Shown here piece by piece: positions 32,828 through 44,167 of a stretch of DNA of 57,856 nt. Positions within the stretch are counted from its first letter, which is position 1. Every line of letters starts with the position of its first letter. The translations under genes were made by a program, and so were the position numbers. This DNA comes from Chrysochromulina tobinii. Its lineage: Eukaryota. Location of the stretch: the NCBI GenBank assembly GCA_001275005.1, contig JWZX01003305.1:1-57856 (forward strand), written 5' to 3'. The notes beneath the pieces are model-generated. The model had not been told where the DNA came from. It saw only the letters and a list, made by a program, of their open reading frames with translations, and ran no database searches.

Positions 32828-32910
32828 GGTGCGAGCGATATGATGAGCAGCTCTCCCAAAGCATCGCACTCACCGTAGGCGATGCGGAGGCCGCTCGGAG
32901 TCTCAATGCC
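32828..32910 (+). promoter_or_regulatory. Eukaryotic SECIS element (type II) in the GPx 3' UTR
   Basis: ATGA at 32840-32843 opposite GA at 32898-32899; helix GAGC..CTCTCC / GGAGG..GCTC; unpaired AAA at 32858-32860; apical stem GCATCGC/GCGATGC. Confidence 0.8.
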
Positions 32911-33239
32911 GAACGCGCACCTCTCGGGACCACCATGGCCTGGCGAGCCGCGTCCGATCGGATGCACACTCTCTGTGTGGAAGCCGCAGGCACGAATCTG
33001 AATTCCCGCCGAAGCCGGCACCAGTGCAAGCATAAATAATTTTATCGCGTGCCGGGGTTGGTGGGGGTTCGAGCCACTAATAACTTTTCCGTAAGCAAAA
33101 CGACTAACGAGCGACCGCGAGTGCGTTGAGTGACCGCTATTTAGTGTACCGACAGCGGCGCGCTACTGCACGGCACCTTCAGTGTGTAGTACGTATACGT
33201 ACGCAGTAGCGTAGTGCAGCCCTAAGTAGCTTCTGCGCG

Positions 33240-36200
33240 TCACTCACGCGTCGCCCTCTGCTTCTCCCGTGGCCGCAGCAAGTATAGCCCGCCAGCTTCC
33301 GCCGCGACTGTGACGCGAGGCGGCTGCGCGTGCGCCGCGCCCTCCCAGATCGCCTGCGCGGAGGCTCCGCCCTTGGACCTCGTCTCGCACGAGCCCCATC
33401 GCATATTGTACACGTAGCCGCGGCAGTGGGGAGCGGCGGCTGGGCACCGATCTTGCACCGGCACATCGGTGCCGGTCTGGCCGCAGCAGGCGGTCGCGGA
33501 GCCGTGGTCCGCCGCGCAGCGCTTGGCGGCGAGCGCGTGCGTCCCCTCCGTGGCGACGAGCTCTGCGCTCATGGGATTGAGTCCAATCGCAGCCCAGTCC
33601 ACGTGTAGCATGCACTCGGCGTCGTTGGGCGCCCACGAGCCCAAGGCGACGAGTGTGGCGTGTGCGTAGCGCACGTAGGCGGTCGCGAGCACGAGAGCGC
33701 AGCCCTCACCGTCGGGGACGACGCGCACCGGCGGCGCGCGCTCCCAATAGCCAATCATGGTGGCTTGCCCGATTTGGAAGCTGTCCCACACCTTCCAAAT
33801 CGGACGTGGATCGGCCGTGCGGAACCGGGTGGTCATGCCGTAAAGCATGCCGCGCCACGGGTGCCCCTCCTTCATCATGTCGCCCATCAGCCCAAATGGG
33901 AGGCCCGACACCTCCGCGAGCCAATACGCGGGCTGCTCTGCGTAGTCGTACCCCTCCCCGAACCAAAGCGAGTCGATGTACGGCATCAGGTGCATGAACT
34001 GCAGTGCGGGCTGCACCATCCCGTACCTGATGAGGGGTGCACTCAGGCATGCCATCAGTCGCAATCAGTCGCAATCAGTCGCAATCAGGCATGTAATCAG
34101 ACGCTCCACATTGCACGACGAGAGATGCACTCAGGGACCATCAGACGGGCCAACAGCCGCCACGACGTACTGCGGATGAAGGTTGTTGCCGCAGTGAAGA
34201 TCAATGAGCGCCCGCCCCGGGCCCTTTTCGGCCTCGAGGACGCGGCGCACGCGGCGCATCGTATGACGCCCAAAGGCGATCCCGTCATAGTAGATGCCGT
34301 CGAGCCCCACGGGCGGGCGCACCTGATGAGGGAGGCGATCAGATGTCATCGGAGGTGATCAGTGGTCATCAGAGGTGATCAGTGGTCATCAGAGGTTATC
34401 AGTGTCGTCGAGCCCCACGGGCAGGCGCACCACACGGCGCAGCCCCTCGACGTAGTAATTCGCCCAACGCGAGATCCCTTGATTACACAGCGCCGAGTCA
34501 AACTCGCCACTCGAGAGGGGGTTCTGCCAACACGGCGCGTAGTGGTCGACCACGTGCTCGTTGACCCACGGGTCGCCGCCGCCGTCGCCGTCGGCGAGCA
34601 CCTCGTCGCCGAGCGACTTGAGCACGAAGAGCTCATCGGCGTGATTGGAGAGCTCGCGCACCTGATTTTGGAGAGGAACTCATCAGAGTCTCATCATGGA
34701 CTCATCATGGGCTCATGATGGACTCATCAGGAACTCATCAGGGACTCGTCAGGAACTCATCATGGACTCATCATGGACTCATCATGGACTCATCATGGAC
34801 TCATCAGAGACTCATCAGAGACTCATCATTGACTCATCAGAGACTCATCAGAGACCCATCAGAGACTCATCAGAGACTCATCAGGAACTCATCATGGACT
34901 GATCATGGACTGATCATGGACTGATCAGGAACTCATCAGAGACTTATCAGGAACTCATCATGGACTCATCATGGACTCATCAGGGACACACACTCAGCGA
35001 GTCACTCAGAGGTCCTCAGCGTGATCCGAGAGCTTGCACAGACCGTGTAGTACGCCTTGACCCGTAGCTGACGCGCATGGGCGCGCGCCACGTACGCCCC
35101 CATCGCAGTGGTCGAGTGCTCCGAGAAAGGATAGTTGATGTACGGATTGAGCGGCCCATCGACCCCCTGATGGATGTTGAGGACGGTCGCGCCGGATTTG
35201 GCAACGTCCTCTGGCTCGACGAGCCGCGTGTCTGGATAGCCCACTTGGTAGTAGCGCTGCTCCCAGTGCGCCGCCGTGTTGAGCGGCTTACACGGCGTGA
35301 GGAGCAGCTCGAAGCGAAACTGCACCGAGCTGCCCGGGAGCATCGTGCGCGCGCCGCCGTGAGCACGCAGAGCGGCCTGCCCATCAATGCGCACGCCGCC
35401 GCGCCCTCGATTGTGCCACCCTTCGGGGAGATCTCCCTCGCTCATCAGGTGCTGCGCCGATTCAAACGCGCTCGTCTCCCCCACCAGCCGCACCCGCACG
35501 CCCGCGCGCACATCGCCGAGCCACGCCATGTAGTTGCCGAGCCCTGCAGCCCAGTGCCACGCGAGGGGCGTGTTGTTGTGCAGCGCTCGCGCCGGCCGGC
35601 CGAACCCCATCAGGTAGCGCGCGATCTCGGCGTCGAGATCGACGAGCAGTTCGCTCTCCGTCAGCGCCACGGGCGCGAGGTTGGTGCGTGGCGCGGAGAG
35701 CGTGAGCGTGATGATCGCCTGCGAGTCGAACCACCACTCGCCGTAGACGTCGAGCGTGAGCACGTCCCACGCCGTGCCGGGGAGCACGCTCGATTGTAGC
35801 TGCGCCGCCCACCGCACGCGCTCGATGGCACTCGGAGGCGCTGCATTGAGCGCTTCGAGCTTCGCCCACGGGGCCGACGAAGAGGCGGCCTCGACGGCAC
35901 TGAGCACGCGCGACGGAGTGGCCACTCGCCACTGTACTAGTCGATCCTCGACGGCGCCCTCTCGGCCAGGCCTCCTCTCAGCGCCGCCAAACTCCCGACT
36001 GTTGTCGTCAGCGACGCTGAGAGGAGGCCTTGAAGCGCCCCTCCGGTCGCCGCCGGGCAGCACACGCACGTTGAAGCTGATCGGGCGATCAAGGAGCGCT
36101 CGGCGGCCGTCTGGGCACTCGATGCAACTCGACCCCCTTGCAAGGCGTCGGGGCGCCGTCGCGGGCGACTCCGCGGCCGCAGGGGCCTCGTGGCACTCGA

Positions 36201-37241
36201 CGCAGGCGTCGGCCGCGCCGCCAGCCGAGCCAACGGTCGGCGGCGGCGGCTGCTCAGTCGGCGTCCGTCCGGCAAAGAGCTGCGTAGGGAGGCCGCCAGC
36301 TCCGATCTCGAGGCCGCCCATGAGCGCCGCGAGCATCAGCGCGGGCGCCGTGTGAGCTGTGCCTGGGATCATGGGGCAGGCCGCAATGAGAGAGGTCATC
36401 AGAGGTCATCAGTGGTCATCAGTAGCACTCACCTAGGATCATGGGGCAGGCCGCAATGAGAGAGGTCATCAGAGGTAATCAGTGATCATCAGTAGCACTC
36501 ACCTAGGATCATGGGGCAGGCCGCAATGAGAGAGGTCATCAGAGGTAATCAGTGGTCATCAGTAGCACTCACCTAGGATCGTCCCAATCCCAGCGTCCAC
36601 CCATGCCGCCACCTTTTCGAGCGTGCCCTCGCCACCCGGCTCGATGCTGACAGCGCTCACGGGCACGAAGGGCTTTGGCAGAGCTGGTGTGCTGCCCGCC
36701 GTCGAGTCGAGCCACCGGAGCCGCGAGAGGCGCCAGCGTCGCGAATCGCCCGCATCCGTCACCGGCGGACCATGCAAGGAGAGACGGAGCCGCGTGAGGA
36801 CCTCGGCTTCGTCAGCCGGGGGAGGGACTGCCGCGGCTCCATCGGGCCCGGCCGCCCCGGCCGCCCCACTTGAGGAAGGCACGGAGGAGGCGAACGCGTC
36901 GGCATCGGCGGCGGTGGAGGAGGTGGAGGGCGACTCGGTGCGCAGCCTGAGCCGCACGCTCAGCTCGAGCGTTGAGCTGAGCGCTTGCGAGGCTGCCGCC
37001 CTCCCCATTGCGGACGATTCGAAGTCGAGAGGGCCGCGGCGCTTGGTCCCGTCGGCCACTTGGCCACTCGGCAGCTGCACGCCGAGCCAGAGCGAGCGCA
37101 CGCAGCCGCGGCGCACGAGCGGTTGCATGCGGATGCGTACGCCGTCAAAGCCCACGCCGTGTGTGTGGAAGCAGTGGAGTCGCACAGCCGAGCTGTTGAG
37201 TGGAAGAGCACTCATGGGCGCCATGATGGGCGCACTCGGAC

Positions 37242-37283
<42 letters not shown>

Positions 37284-39184
37284 GGCTGCGGGTGCTGCTA
37301 GTGCTGGTGCTGCTAATGCTAGTGCCCTCGGGAGCGTCGGCATCGGAAAAATCTCCGGCCAAATCTCCGACCGAATCTCCGGCACCGTGCTCATCCGCAG
37401 CCGTGGGCGCGGCGGCCGCGGTGCCGCCCTGAGCGCCGTTGGTTCCCGGCGCGTACCTGTGGGGAAGTGAGGGCGCCGTGGTGAGCGCTCGCATGCAGAT
37501 TGCCGTTGGCTCCCGGCGCGTACCAGCTCGCAGAGGCGAGTCCGCAGTCGAGCACGCGCACGTCGAGCGTCTCGGGCGCGAGGACGCCCACCTGCCAAAC
37601 GTAAAACTCGCCCAGGCGCGCGTGGGAGTAGAGCCCACTGGTAGGTCCTCGTCTCGCCCATCGTTCAGGAAGCTCGCAGCCCGTACCTGTGGGGAGGAAA
37701 TAGCGCCGTAAGGAGCACATGCATGCAGGGCCCAGGCGCGGATCGAGCGTCTCGCCCTTCGTACGTAGCACGTGAGTGCGCGACTCTGGGAATAGGTGCC
37801 AGCTGTGAATGCGTGGCGTGCGTGAGGGCGGCGCGCGCGTGTCACCACCGGGCACCCGCAGACGCCGTCGCGCGCGCGCCGCCGCTGTGACGGAGGCGGC
37901 CTTGGCGGCGGCCTTGGTGCCCATCACGGCGCTGCTCAGCATGCTGGCGAGCTCAGCGGAGGTCGCGGGTCTCTCCATGTCGCCGAATCGATCTGAGTGC
38001 GTGCGGGCCTGCACATCGAAGACGCGCACCACGGGCAGGCGCGCCGCACTATGTGCATGCGCCCGATACCACGCTTCGTCAAACGTGGGCTGGTACGCCT
38101 CATAGGAGGTGCCGTGCGCGTCGTCCCGGGCGTCGTAGGTCTGCCATTTCGTCTGGTGCGGCAGGTAGTAGAGGTCGTACTCCCCCGCCCCGTGGGTGGG
38201 CTCGAAGAGCACCTCGGCGCTCTCGCGTCCGTCGACCAGTAGGGCGACGTTCTCAACACGGCCCGATTCCTTGACATAGTACCGGTAGCTCCCATCGCCG
38301 TTGCTCCCTTCGTAGCTGTGGCTGCGGGGCGCGCCGTGCTGCGCACTGCCTTTCTCGTGGTACAGGTAGAGCTGCGTCCCTAACGGCCGATGGCGCCGGC
38401 GCCACGGGATGAGCGCTCGCACGGCGCGGGCGCGCGCGTCGGCGGCGGTCACGAGCAGCCGCGCGCGCACGTTACCCAGGCTACGCCTCGACGCGCCGTA
38501 GCCGCCGTACGGCGGCTCGTGCCAGGCGGGGCCGAGGATGGCGTTGCGCGCTTCGCGTCGGATGAGCAGCGCCGCGGGCATGCTCGTGACCGCCGAGGCG
38601 TGTGGGATGGCCGTGCGCCACGCGAGATCCGACGGCTGATGGTCGTGCTCGCTGCAGTGGGAGTAGATCTCGTATTCACCTGGCCCATGCTCTGGTTCGA
38701 AGACGAGGTGCCCGTCCACTGGGCTATGCTCTCGAGTCGTAGCCAAGGCAAGCTCGACGTTGCGCACGCGCATGCCCGTGAGCGCGCTGTAGACGCACGG
38801 TGGCGCCACCTGCGCAGCCTCTGCGCTGTACGGCAGGTCGCTGCCGAGCCAGAAGCGCACATAGATCTGCATCGCCGAGCACAGAGAGGACACTGCGCTC
38901 CGCCGCCGCCGCCTCCGGCCAGAAGGCAACCGAGTGCGAGACGTTGCCTGCCACCATGAATGGCCGGGCGCCGGAGGAGGTGTACTCGGGCACGAGCGCC
39001 TGCTGCGGTTGAACGAGCGGTCGGACCATTGCGTCGCGGGTCCTCCTGCGTCTGATCTATCCAAAAAAGTCAACTCTATGATTCGTCCGTCGCGGCGCGC
39101 GCGGGTCGCCGATTTCGTGACGCACGACTGGAGCAGCTCGGCAAGCAAGCAAGCAAGCAAGTAGCTGAGCAGCTCGGGGGGCAT
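33240..39184 (-). CDS. DUF6067 (putative glycoside hydrolase)-like secreted protein; 7 exons, introns 37687-37764, 37457-37523, 36363-36572, 34662-35043, 34323-34430, 34027-34170
   Basis: Spliced motifs IPWRRR, YDLYYLP, WRLSRLRWLDST, NIHQG..LNPYINYPF, KAYYTVRELSNHA, RWANYYVEGL, GLDGIYYDGI, LIDLHCGN, YIDSLWFGEGYDY, WRGMLYGMTTR; every join keeps the frame. Confidence 0.8.
34677..34983. repeat. About 300-bp intronic array of GACTCATCA(G/T)-type 10/11-nt units
   Basis: Directly visible tandem units inside intron 34662-35043. Confidence 0.9.
36363..36572 (-). repeat. Three head-to-tail copies of a 70-nt complete intron unit (GTGAGT...GATCCYAG)
   Basis: Units 36503-36572, 36433-36502 and 36363-36432 are near-identical. 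Confidence 0.9.
37457..37523 (-). mobile_element. Putative introner-like intron (family A 3' cassette) with a 22-nt duplication of the downstream exon
   Basis: The intron starts GTACGCGCCGGGAGCCAACGGC and the next exon starts GTACGCGCCGGGAACCAACGGC; its 40-nt 3' end is shared with three other introns in the window. Confidence 0.55.
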
Positions 39185-39467
39185 TGAACGTACATTGAAC
39201 GGCCACACGCACTCACAAATAAGGCCACAGGCCGACGGCAACCCACAGCAACCGCGGCCGCGGCCAAACTTGCCCCCTTCTCAAGTCAACTTTCTGTGCC
39301 GACGTCCTCAAAAAAGCATCTATATATTAAAGCGCCGATCGAGGCACACCATCCACGATCGTGCAACAGCAACGCAGGGGGAGTGCACGGGTCGTGCGTG
39401 TGCACATGTACTGTCGCAATCTCATTCAGCTCCCACCTTGCCGCACATGCCCTCTATACTTTATTCA

Positions 39468-40658
39468 TCACCGTGCGGCGTTGGAGCGTATGGGAGCGGA
39501 GACGCCGAAGGAGGGCTGATCGCGCAGCAGCGGAGTCGCTGCGTCCGTGAAGACGCCGGTTGCGCACATGAGCTCAGCGAAGGTTTCGAAGCCGATCGTG
39601 TCTGAAGTGTCATGAATGAGTCCATCGAGCAGCTCGTCAATCTCTTTGTCGTTGATAATACTTGAGAGAGCCTTGCTTAGCTCCTTCCGAGAAAGCTTTC
39701 CATCGCGCTTGACATTGTACTGGCGGAAGAGCGCTCTCAGCTCGTCAAGGTTCTGAGGGCTGATCAGTTCACGCCACGTTCTCTCTGGAGGTGGGGATGG
39801 TGGTGGGCCTTTAGGAAAAGCCCACTTGGTCATCACCAGCACGTCATCCTCACTTGCCGTCGGGTAGACGACTTCGAGAAGTTGCCTGAAGGAGAACCCA
39901 TCTTCACCTGATTTCAAAGATATGAAGACGCGTTCGAAAACAGACTTCTGCACATCCTCTTGTAGGGACTTGTTGAGCTCTTCCTCGGTGATGTGGCCGC
40001 TTCCGGACTTGTTGATCGAATCGAATACTTGCTTAAATGCCAGGATGTCCCGCTTCGTGAACTTGCATGGTGCCTCTCGCGATCGTGGAGCCTGAAGCAC
40101 ATTCTTTGCTGTCCGCCCAGCCCGTGCTGCCACCTGCTCCTGTTGCTGCTCTTCAATGCGTTGCTGGGGAAGCGAGTCCCTCGACGTCGAAGACTCCTGA
40201 GTCTTGAACGCGGTGCGATCGCCGATGATGCTCAGTCGGCGTACCCCACGTGCTGCGGCTCCTGCAACGGTGATGACACCCTGGATCATATCTGTCACTA
40301 CGGCATTGGATGGGTTGGACGTCTTCTCGATAGGCACTTTCTGCATGGACCTCTTTGAGCTCGATGCAGCGTGCGGACCTACATGATTTCGCACCCAGCT
40401 CATGGCATCGGCTGTGGTGTTCATGATCAGTGATGTGCTGCTCGGTTTCATGGCTGCTATGGCCTTGGCTGCTGGTTTGCCCTCTGTTGGCGCTGGGTCT
40501 GTGCATGATTCAACATCATTCACCCGCACTCGACGAGTAGCCGCGGAAACCGATGCGCCGATGAGAACTGATGCATGGTGCACCGCTCCGACGATGCTGG
40601 ACCGCCGCCCCTGCGTGGCTACCGTCCGCGGAGCGACGCGGGCTGGCGAGCCACCCAT
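39468..40658 (-). CDS. EF-hand calcium-binding protein; start uncertain
   Basis: FKQVFDSINKSGSGHITEEEL; LRALFRQYNVKRDGKLSRKEL; IGFETFAELM. Confidence 0.75.
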   Translation of the reverse strand: MGGSPARVAPRTVATQGRRSSIVGAVHHASVLIGASVSAATRRVRVNDVESCTDPAPTEGKPAAKAIAAMKPSSTSLIMNTTADAMSWVRNHVGPHAASSSKRSMQKVPIEKTSNPSNAVVTDMIQGVITVAGAAARGVRRLSIIGDRTAFKTQESSTSRDSLPQQRIEEQQQEQVAARAGRTAKNVLQAPRSREAPCKFTKRDILAFKQVFDSINKSGSGHITEEELNKSLQEDVQKSVFERVFISLKSGEDGFSFRQLLEVVYPTASEDDVLVMTKWAFPKGPPPSPPPERTWRELISPQNLDELRALFRQYNVKRDGKLSRKELSKALSSIINDKEIDELLDGLIHDTSDTIGFETFAELMCATGVFTDAATPLLRDQPSFGVSAPIRSNAAR

Positions 40659-40944
40659 CGCGCGTGTCCGACGCCCCTCCCGAACTTGTCGCGAAGGTGA
40701 CTCGTTCGCGCGGGCCCGCGCCGCGCGAGCATATGGAAACGGACTCCAATCGCAACTGCACAGGGGGAATGACTATGGAGCAAGCAAGCAAGCTAATTAA
40801 TCGAAACAACATAGGGAGCAAGGATGAGGCGGGATTCCACAACACATGCAAATTTGGGGATGACGTCCAAGAAAGGCAACCTACTTGTGATCGCGCCCAG
40901 ATCGCGAGCCCCACAAACGCACGCTATGCAAAAGGTGCACGATC

Positions 40945-42435
40945 ATGCGCGACAGCGGCCCGCGCATGATCGTGCAGGCGCTCACGCTCAGCGCGCTGGC
41001 GTTGAGCGTGGGCGCCCTATCCATGGCTGTCCACGGAGGGCGTGCTGCACCATCATCGAATCAGCAGCTGACTCCTGCGCCAAGCTTATCAAGCAGTGTT
41101 ACGCTGGCTGCAGCAGCTGCCGAAGCTGAGCTTCTCGCTCAGAGCGCGGAGGCGCATCGTCGTGAGATTGCATCAGGACGTGCACGATTCCCCCCCTTTG
41201 ATGATGAGTTCGAACGTGTCAACCATTGGGCCCCACGTACCGCCGAGGAGCACATTCGTAGTGTGGGAGTTGGCAACGCGGGGCCAGAGGAGGAGCTGCT
41301 TCGCGACGGCCACCTCATCCACCCGACGGCAGAGCCCGTGCTGACTGTCGCCGAGTGCGAGGCGATCATGGCAGAGGCGAAGACTGCCATGGCCGCAGGC
41401 AAGACCTCCACCTTTACGTACACACAGGCCAGCAAGATTGGTGAGGTGCACGTGCATGACCTGCCCCGGGCGCGTGAGTGGCTCCGGCGGCGACTGTACG
41501 ATACGTTGTTCCCGTGGGTGGTGGAGCGGTTTGGGGAGCCGTCGAATGCGCTCAACGTGGTGGTTGAGGACGAGCTCGCCGTCTACGACGCGCTCGTCAT
41601 CGCGTACGACGCGACCGGCGGCGGGGGCATCCGACAGCCAATGCATCGGGACGCGAGTCTCATCTCCATCAACATCGCCCTCTCACCGCCCGCCGCGTTC
41701 ACGGGCGGCGGCACGTACTTCGAGACGCTCGGCGGTGCGCCGCTGCAGCAGGCGCAGGGCCACGCGATGTGCCACGCGAGCGGCGCACGCCATGCGGGCT
41801 TCGCGATCACCGCCGGCCAGCGATGGGTCCTAGTCATCTTTCTTCACGCCGAGCGAGCGCCACTCCATGCCGCGCGCTGCTACGCGCAGGCGGTGGAGCG
41901 GCGCCGTGCTGGGCAGCCGGCCGAGGCGCTCGCGGCCTTTGCATCGGCGGTGCGAGTCGCGCCGCACGATCATGAGGCGCGCCACGGCCTAGCTGGCGCC
42001 CTCGCGGCTCTCGGCGAGCTCCCGGCTGCGAGAGCGAGCCTCTGCATGGCGATCCTTCTCTATCCGGCGTGCCCCAAGCCCCGGACCGCGCTGGGGGCGA
42101 TGCTGCTGTCGGCGGGGCGGACGCGCGCCGCGCTGCGTCACTTTGAACAAGCCCTCGCGTGCACCCTTAGCCCCGACGATGACGACGCATGGGAAGCCTC
42201 CGTCAACGTCGCCCTGTGCCTCCTCTCGCTCGCCGACGCCGAGGCCGACGCCGAGGCCGACGCCGAGGCACGCGGGCGGGCTGGCGGGGCCGTTGGCGAG
42301 GCCACGGCTGGCAGACGCTGGAGGCAGCGTGTGCCCGAGGCACGGAGGCACGTCCAGCGAGCGATGGCGGCGGACGGCCAATCCTCCAACGAGCGACTCC
42401 AAGAACTGCTTGATCGCTCTCTTCGCTACATTTAG
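40945..42435 (+). CDS. 2OG-Fe(II) oxygenase (prolyl/lysyl hydroxylase-like) with C-terminal TPR repeats and a signal peptide
   Basis: HRDASLISINIAL (HxD); GGGTYF; RHAGFAITAGQRWVLVIF; TPR-like helices. Confidence 0.85.
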   Translation: MRDSGPRMIVQALTLSALALSVGALSMAVHGGRAAPSSNQQLTPAPSLSSSVTLAAAAAEAELLAQSAEAHRREIASGRARFPPFDDEFERVNHWAPRTAEEHIRSVGVGNAGPEEELLRDGHLIHPTAEPVLTVAECEAIMAEAKTAMAAGKTSTFTYTQASKIGEVHVHDLPRAREWLRRRLYDTLFPWVVERFGEPSNALNVVVEDELAVYDALVIAYDATGGGGIRQPMHRDASLISINIALSPPAAFTGGGTYFETLGGAPLQQAQGHAMCHASGARHAGFAITAGQRWVLVIFLHAERAPLHAARCYAQAVERRRAGQPAEALAAFASAVRVAPHDHEARHGLAGALAALGELPAARASLCMAILLYPACPKPRTALGAMLLSAGRTRAALRHFEQALACTLSPDDDDAWEASVNVALCLLSLADAEADAEADAEARGRAGGAVGEATAGRRWRQRVPEARRHVQRAMAADGQSSNERLQELLDRSLRYI

Positions 42436-42580
42436 AAGTCGAGCCCTACGGCTGTTGCTATTAATACGGCGTATAGAGAGTATGGTGAACGGCTGTATAG
42501 TCTCACGGGCTTACAGATAAATGTTCATAATTATACGAGTCCGAAATTTGAATCCATCCGCTCGAGATCGGTGCCTAAAG

Positions 42581-43844
42581 CTACGCTGCTCCCAGCAGTC
42601 CGCTCTTGGTGAGGTACTCCTCGCCGAGCTTCCAAACGACCGTAAACAGGGCCGCTTGGAGCGCATTGGTGACGAGCCTCGTGCCGAGGCCCCGCCCGAC
42701 GAGGCCTTGCCAGCCGTCAGTCTCGAGGATTTGCTGTGCCGCCTCGCGGTACGTGATCGTCGTCTCCGACGTCTGGCGCACCTGATGAGGGAGGCAATCA
42801 AGCTGATGAGGGAGGCAATCAGCGAGCAATCACGCTGATGAGGGAGGCAATCAAGCTGATGAGGGAGGCAATCACGCTGATGAGGGAGGCAATCAAGCTG
42901 ATGAGCGCCGCGCGTACCGTCTTGAGCACGCGGATCGAGTTCGAGATTGTGTCCGAGACGCCGGCGGCCGCGATGCCGAGCACGGCTGTACGCGCGAGCT
43001 TGAGCGGCAGGTCCTCGCCAAATGTTGGCAGCATCTCGTTGAGCGAGTTGAAGGTCAGATACCAGGGGTAATTGCCCACGAAGCTCGCGGCCGCATTGGC
43101 AAGCGCTCCTTGGAAGAGTACCCCAGGGCCCTCCTCTTTGACCTTGGCGCTTACCTGATCGTACCCTTCCGCACCCTTCACCTGCAGGGTAGTCTTCAAT
43201 GTGTCGATTGGGGTGAGCCCGATGCGCCACGCCGCCGCCGCGGCGGATGCGAATGCTGTGCGCACGCCCACGGGCAGCGTCGAGTCGGCGAGCAGGGCAA
43301 GCACGCCCGTGTTCGCCGCTGTGTCACCAAAGCGTGAGAGCGGCGTCTGGATCAGCGCAAACGACACGCCGCGGTAGAAGCGCCGCAAGCCGCCCTCAGC
43401 GTACAGGGCGGCTAACGCATCGCGCGTGCTGCCGCCGTTGCGGTACTGGTAGTTCATCGTCGTGCGCAGCCACATGAGCAGCAGCACCTGCACGATACCC
43501 GCGAAGAAACCAGAGATGCCGCCGCCGAGCGCCTTCTTTGCCGCCGTTTCGAAGATGATCGATGGCGGTAGCACGGCTGTAGCCGCTGCGGTCGCGCTCG
43601 CGGCGTGCACGGGCTCGACCAGGCTGAAGCTGGCAGCAATGACCAGCAGTGAGAGGCTGGCAGAGACGGCGGCGGCAGCGGCCGACGGAGGAGGCTGCGT
43701 GAGCACGAGCGCGTCAGTCTCGTCATCTTGCGCCGGTGCAATGCAGCGCAGCTGCGAAATCCGCTGCGGGGAGCGGAACTGCAGGGGAGGCAGCAGCGCG
43801 CTCGAGCTCACGAGCTCAGCCAAGAGAAAAGCGATTTGCAGCAT
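42581..43844 (-). CDS. Mitochondrial-carrier-family protein with a bipartite plastid-type leader; exons 43844-42918 and 42781-42581
   Basis: LMWLRTTMNYQYRNG; PLSRFGDTAAN; PIDTLKTTLQV; SNSIRVLKT|VRQTS; RGLGTRLVTNALQ. Confidence 0.85.
42782..42917 (-). repeat. Intron built largely from 21-nt TGATTGCCTCCCTCATCAGC(T/G) units
   Basis: Five near-complete units, each containing a CTCATCAG acceptor-like site. Confidence 0.85.
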
Positions 43845-43904
43845 GAACGCGTGAAGCGCCTCTTGAGTTAGAGGGGACCCTCGAGGCAATTTCCCCGAAG
43901 CTTC

Positions 43905-43938
43905 CAAGTCAAGTCAAGTCAAGTCAAGTCAAGTCAAG
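43905..43938. repeat. (CAAGT)n pentanucleotide microsatellite
   Basis: About 6.8 perfect units just upstream of the carrier gene. Confidence 0.9.
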
Positions 43939-44167
43939 ATGGATCCCCTCCGCCATCTCCATCGACTCCCGTCCTCCCCTGCTGGCTTCCGGAGCACATT
44001 CGATAGGCTTCCAGCTCTGTGTGAAACGGCTGTGAGCCGGAGCGTGCTCCCGCGGCAACGGGACCAGCAAGGACGGGACGACCGGTCATATAGAAATTCG
44101 TTCGTCACCGTGCGATTTCACGCACAGAGAGTGCAGCCTAGAGTCTCGACTCTAGACACTTCTCACA

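Noticed and set aside
34677..34983. Repeat arrays as a CRISPR array or telomere
   Set aside because: There are no unique spacers or cas genes, and the units are not telomeric; they lie inside spliceosomal introns.
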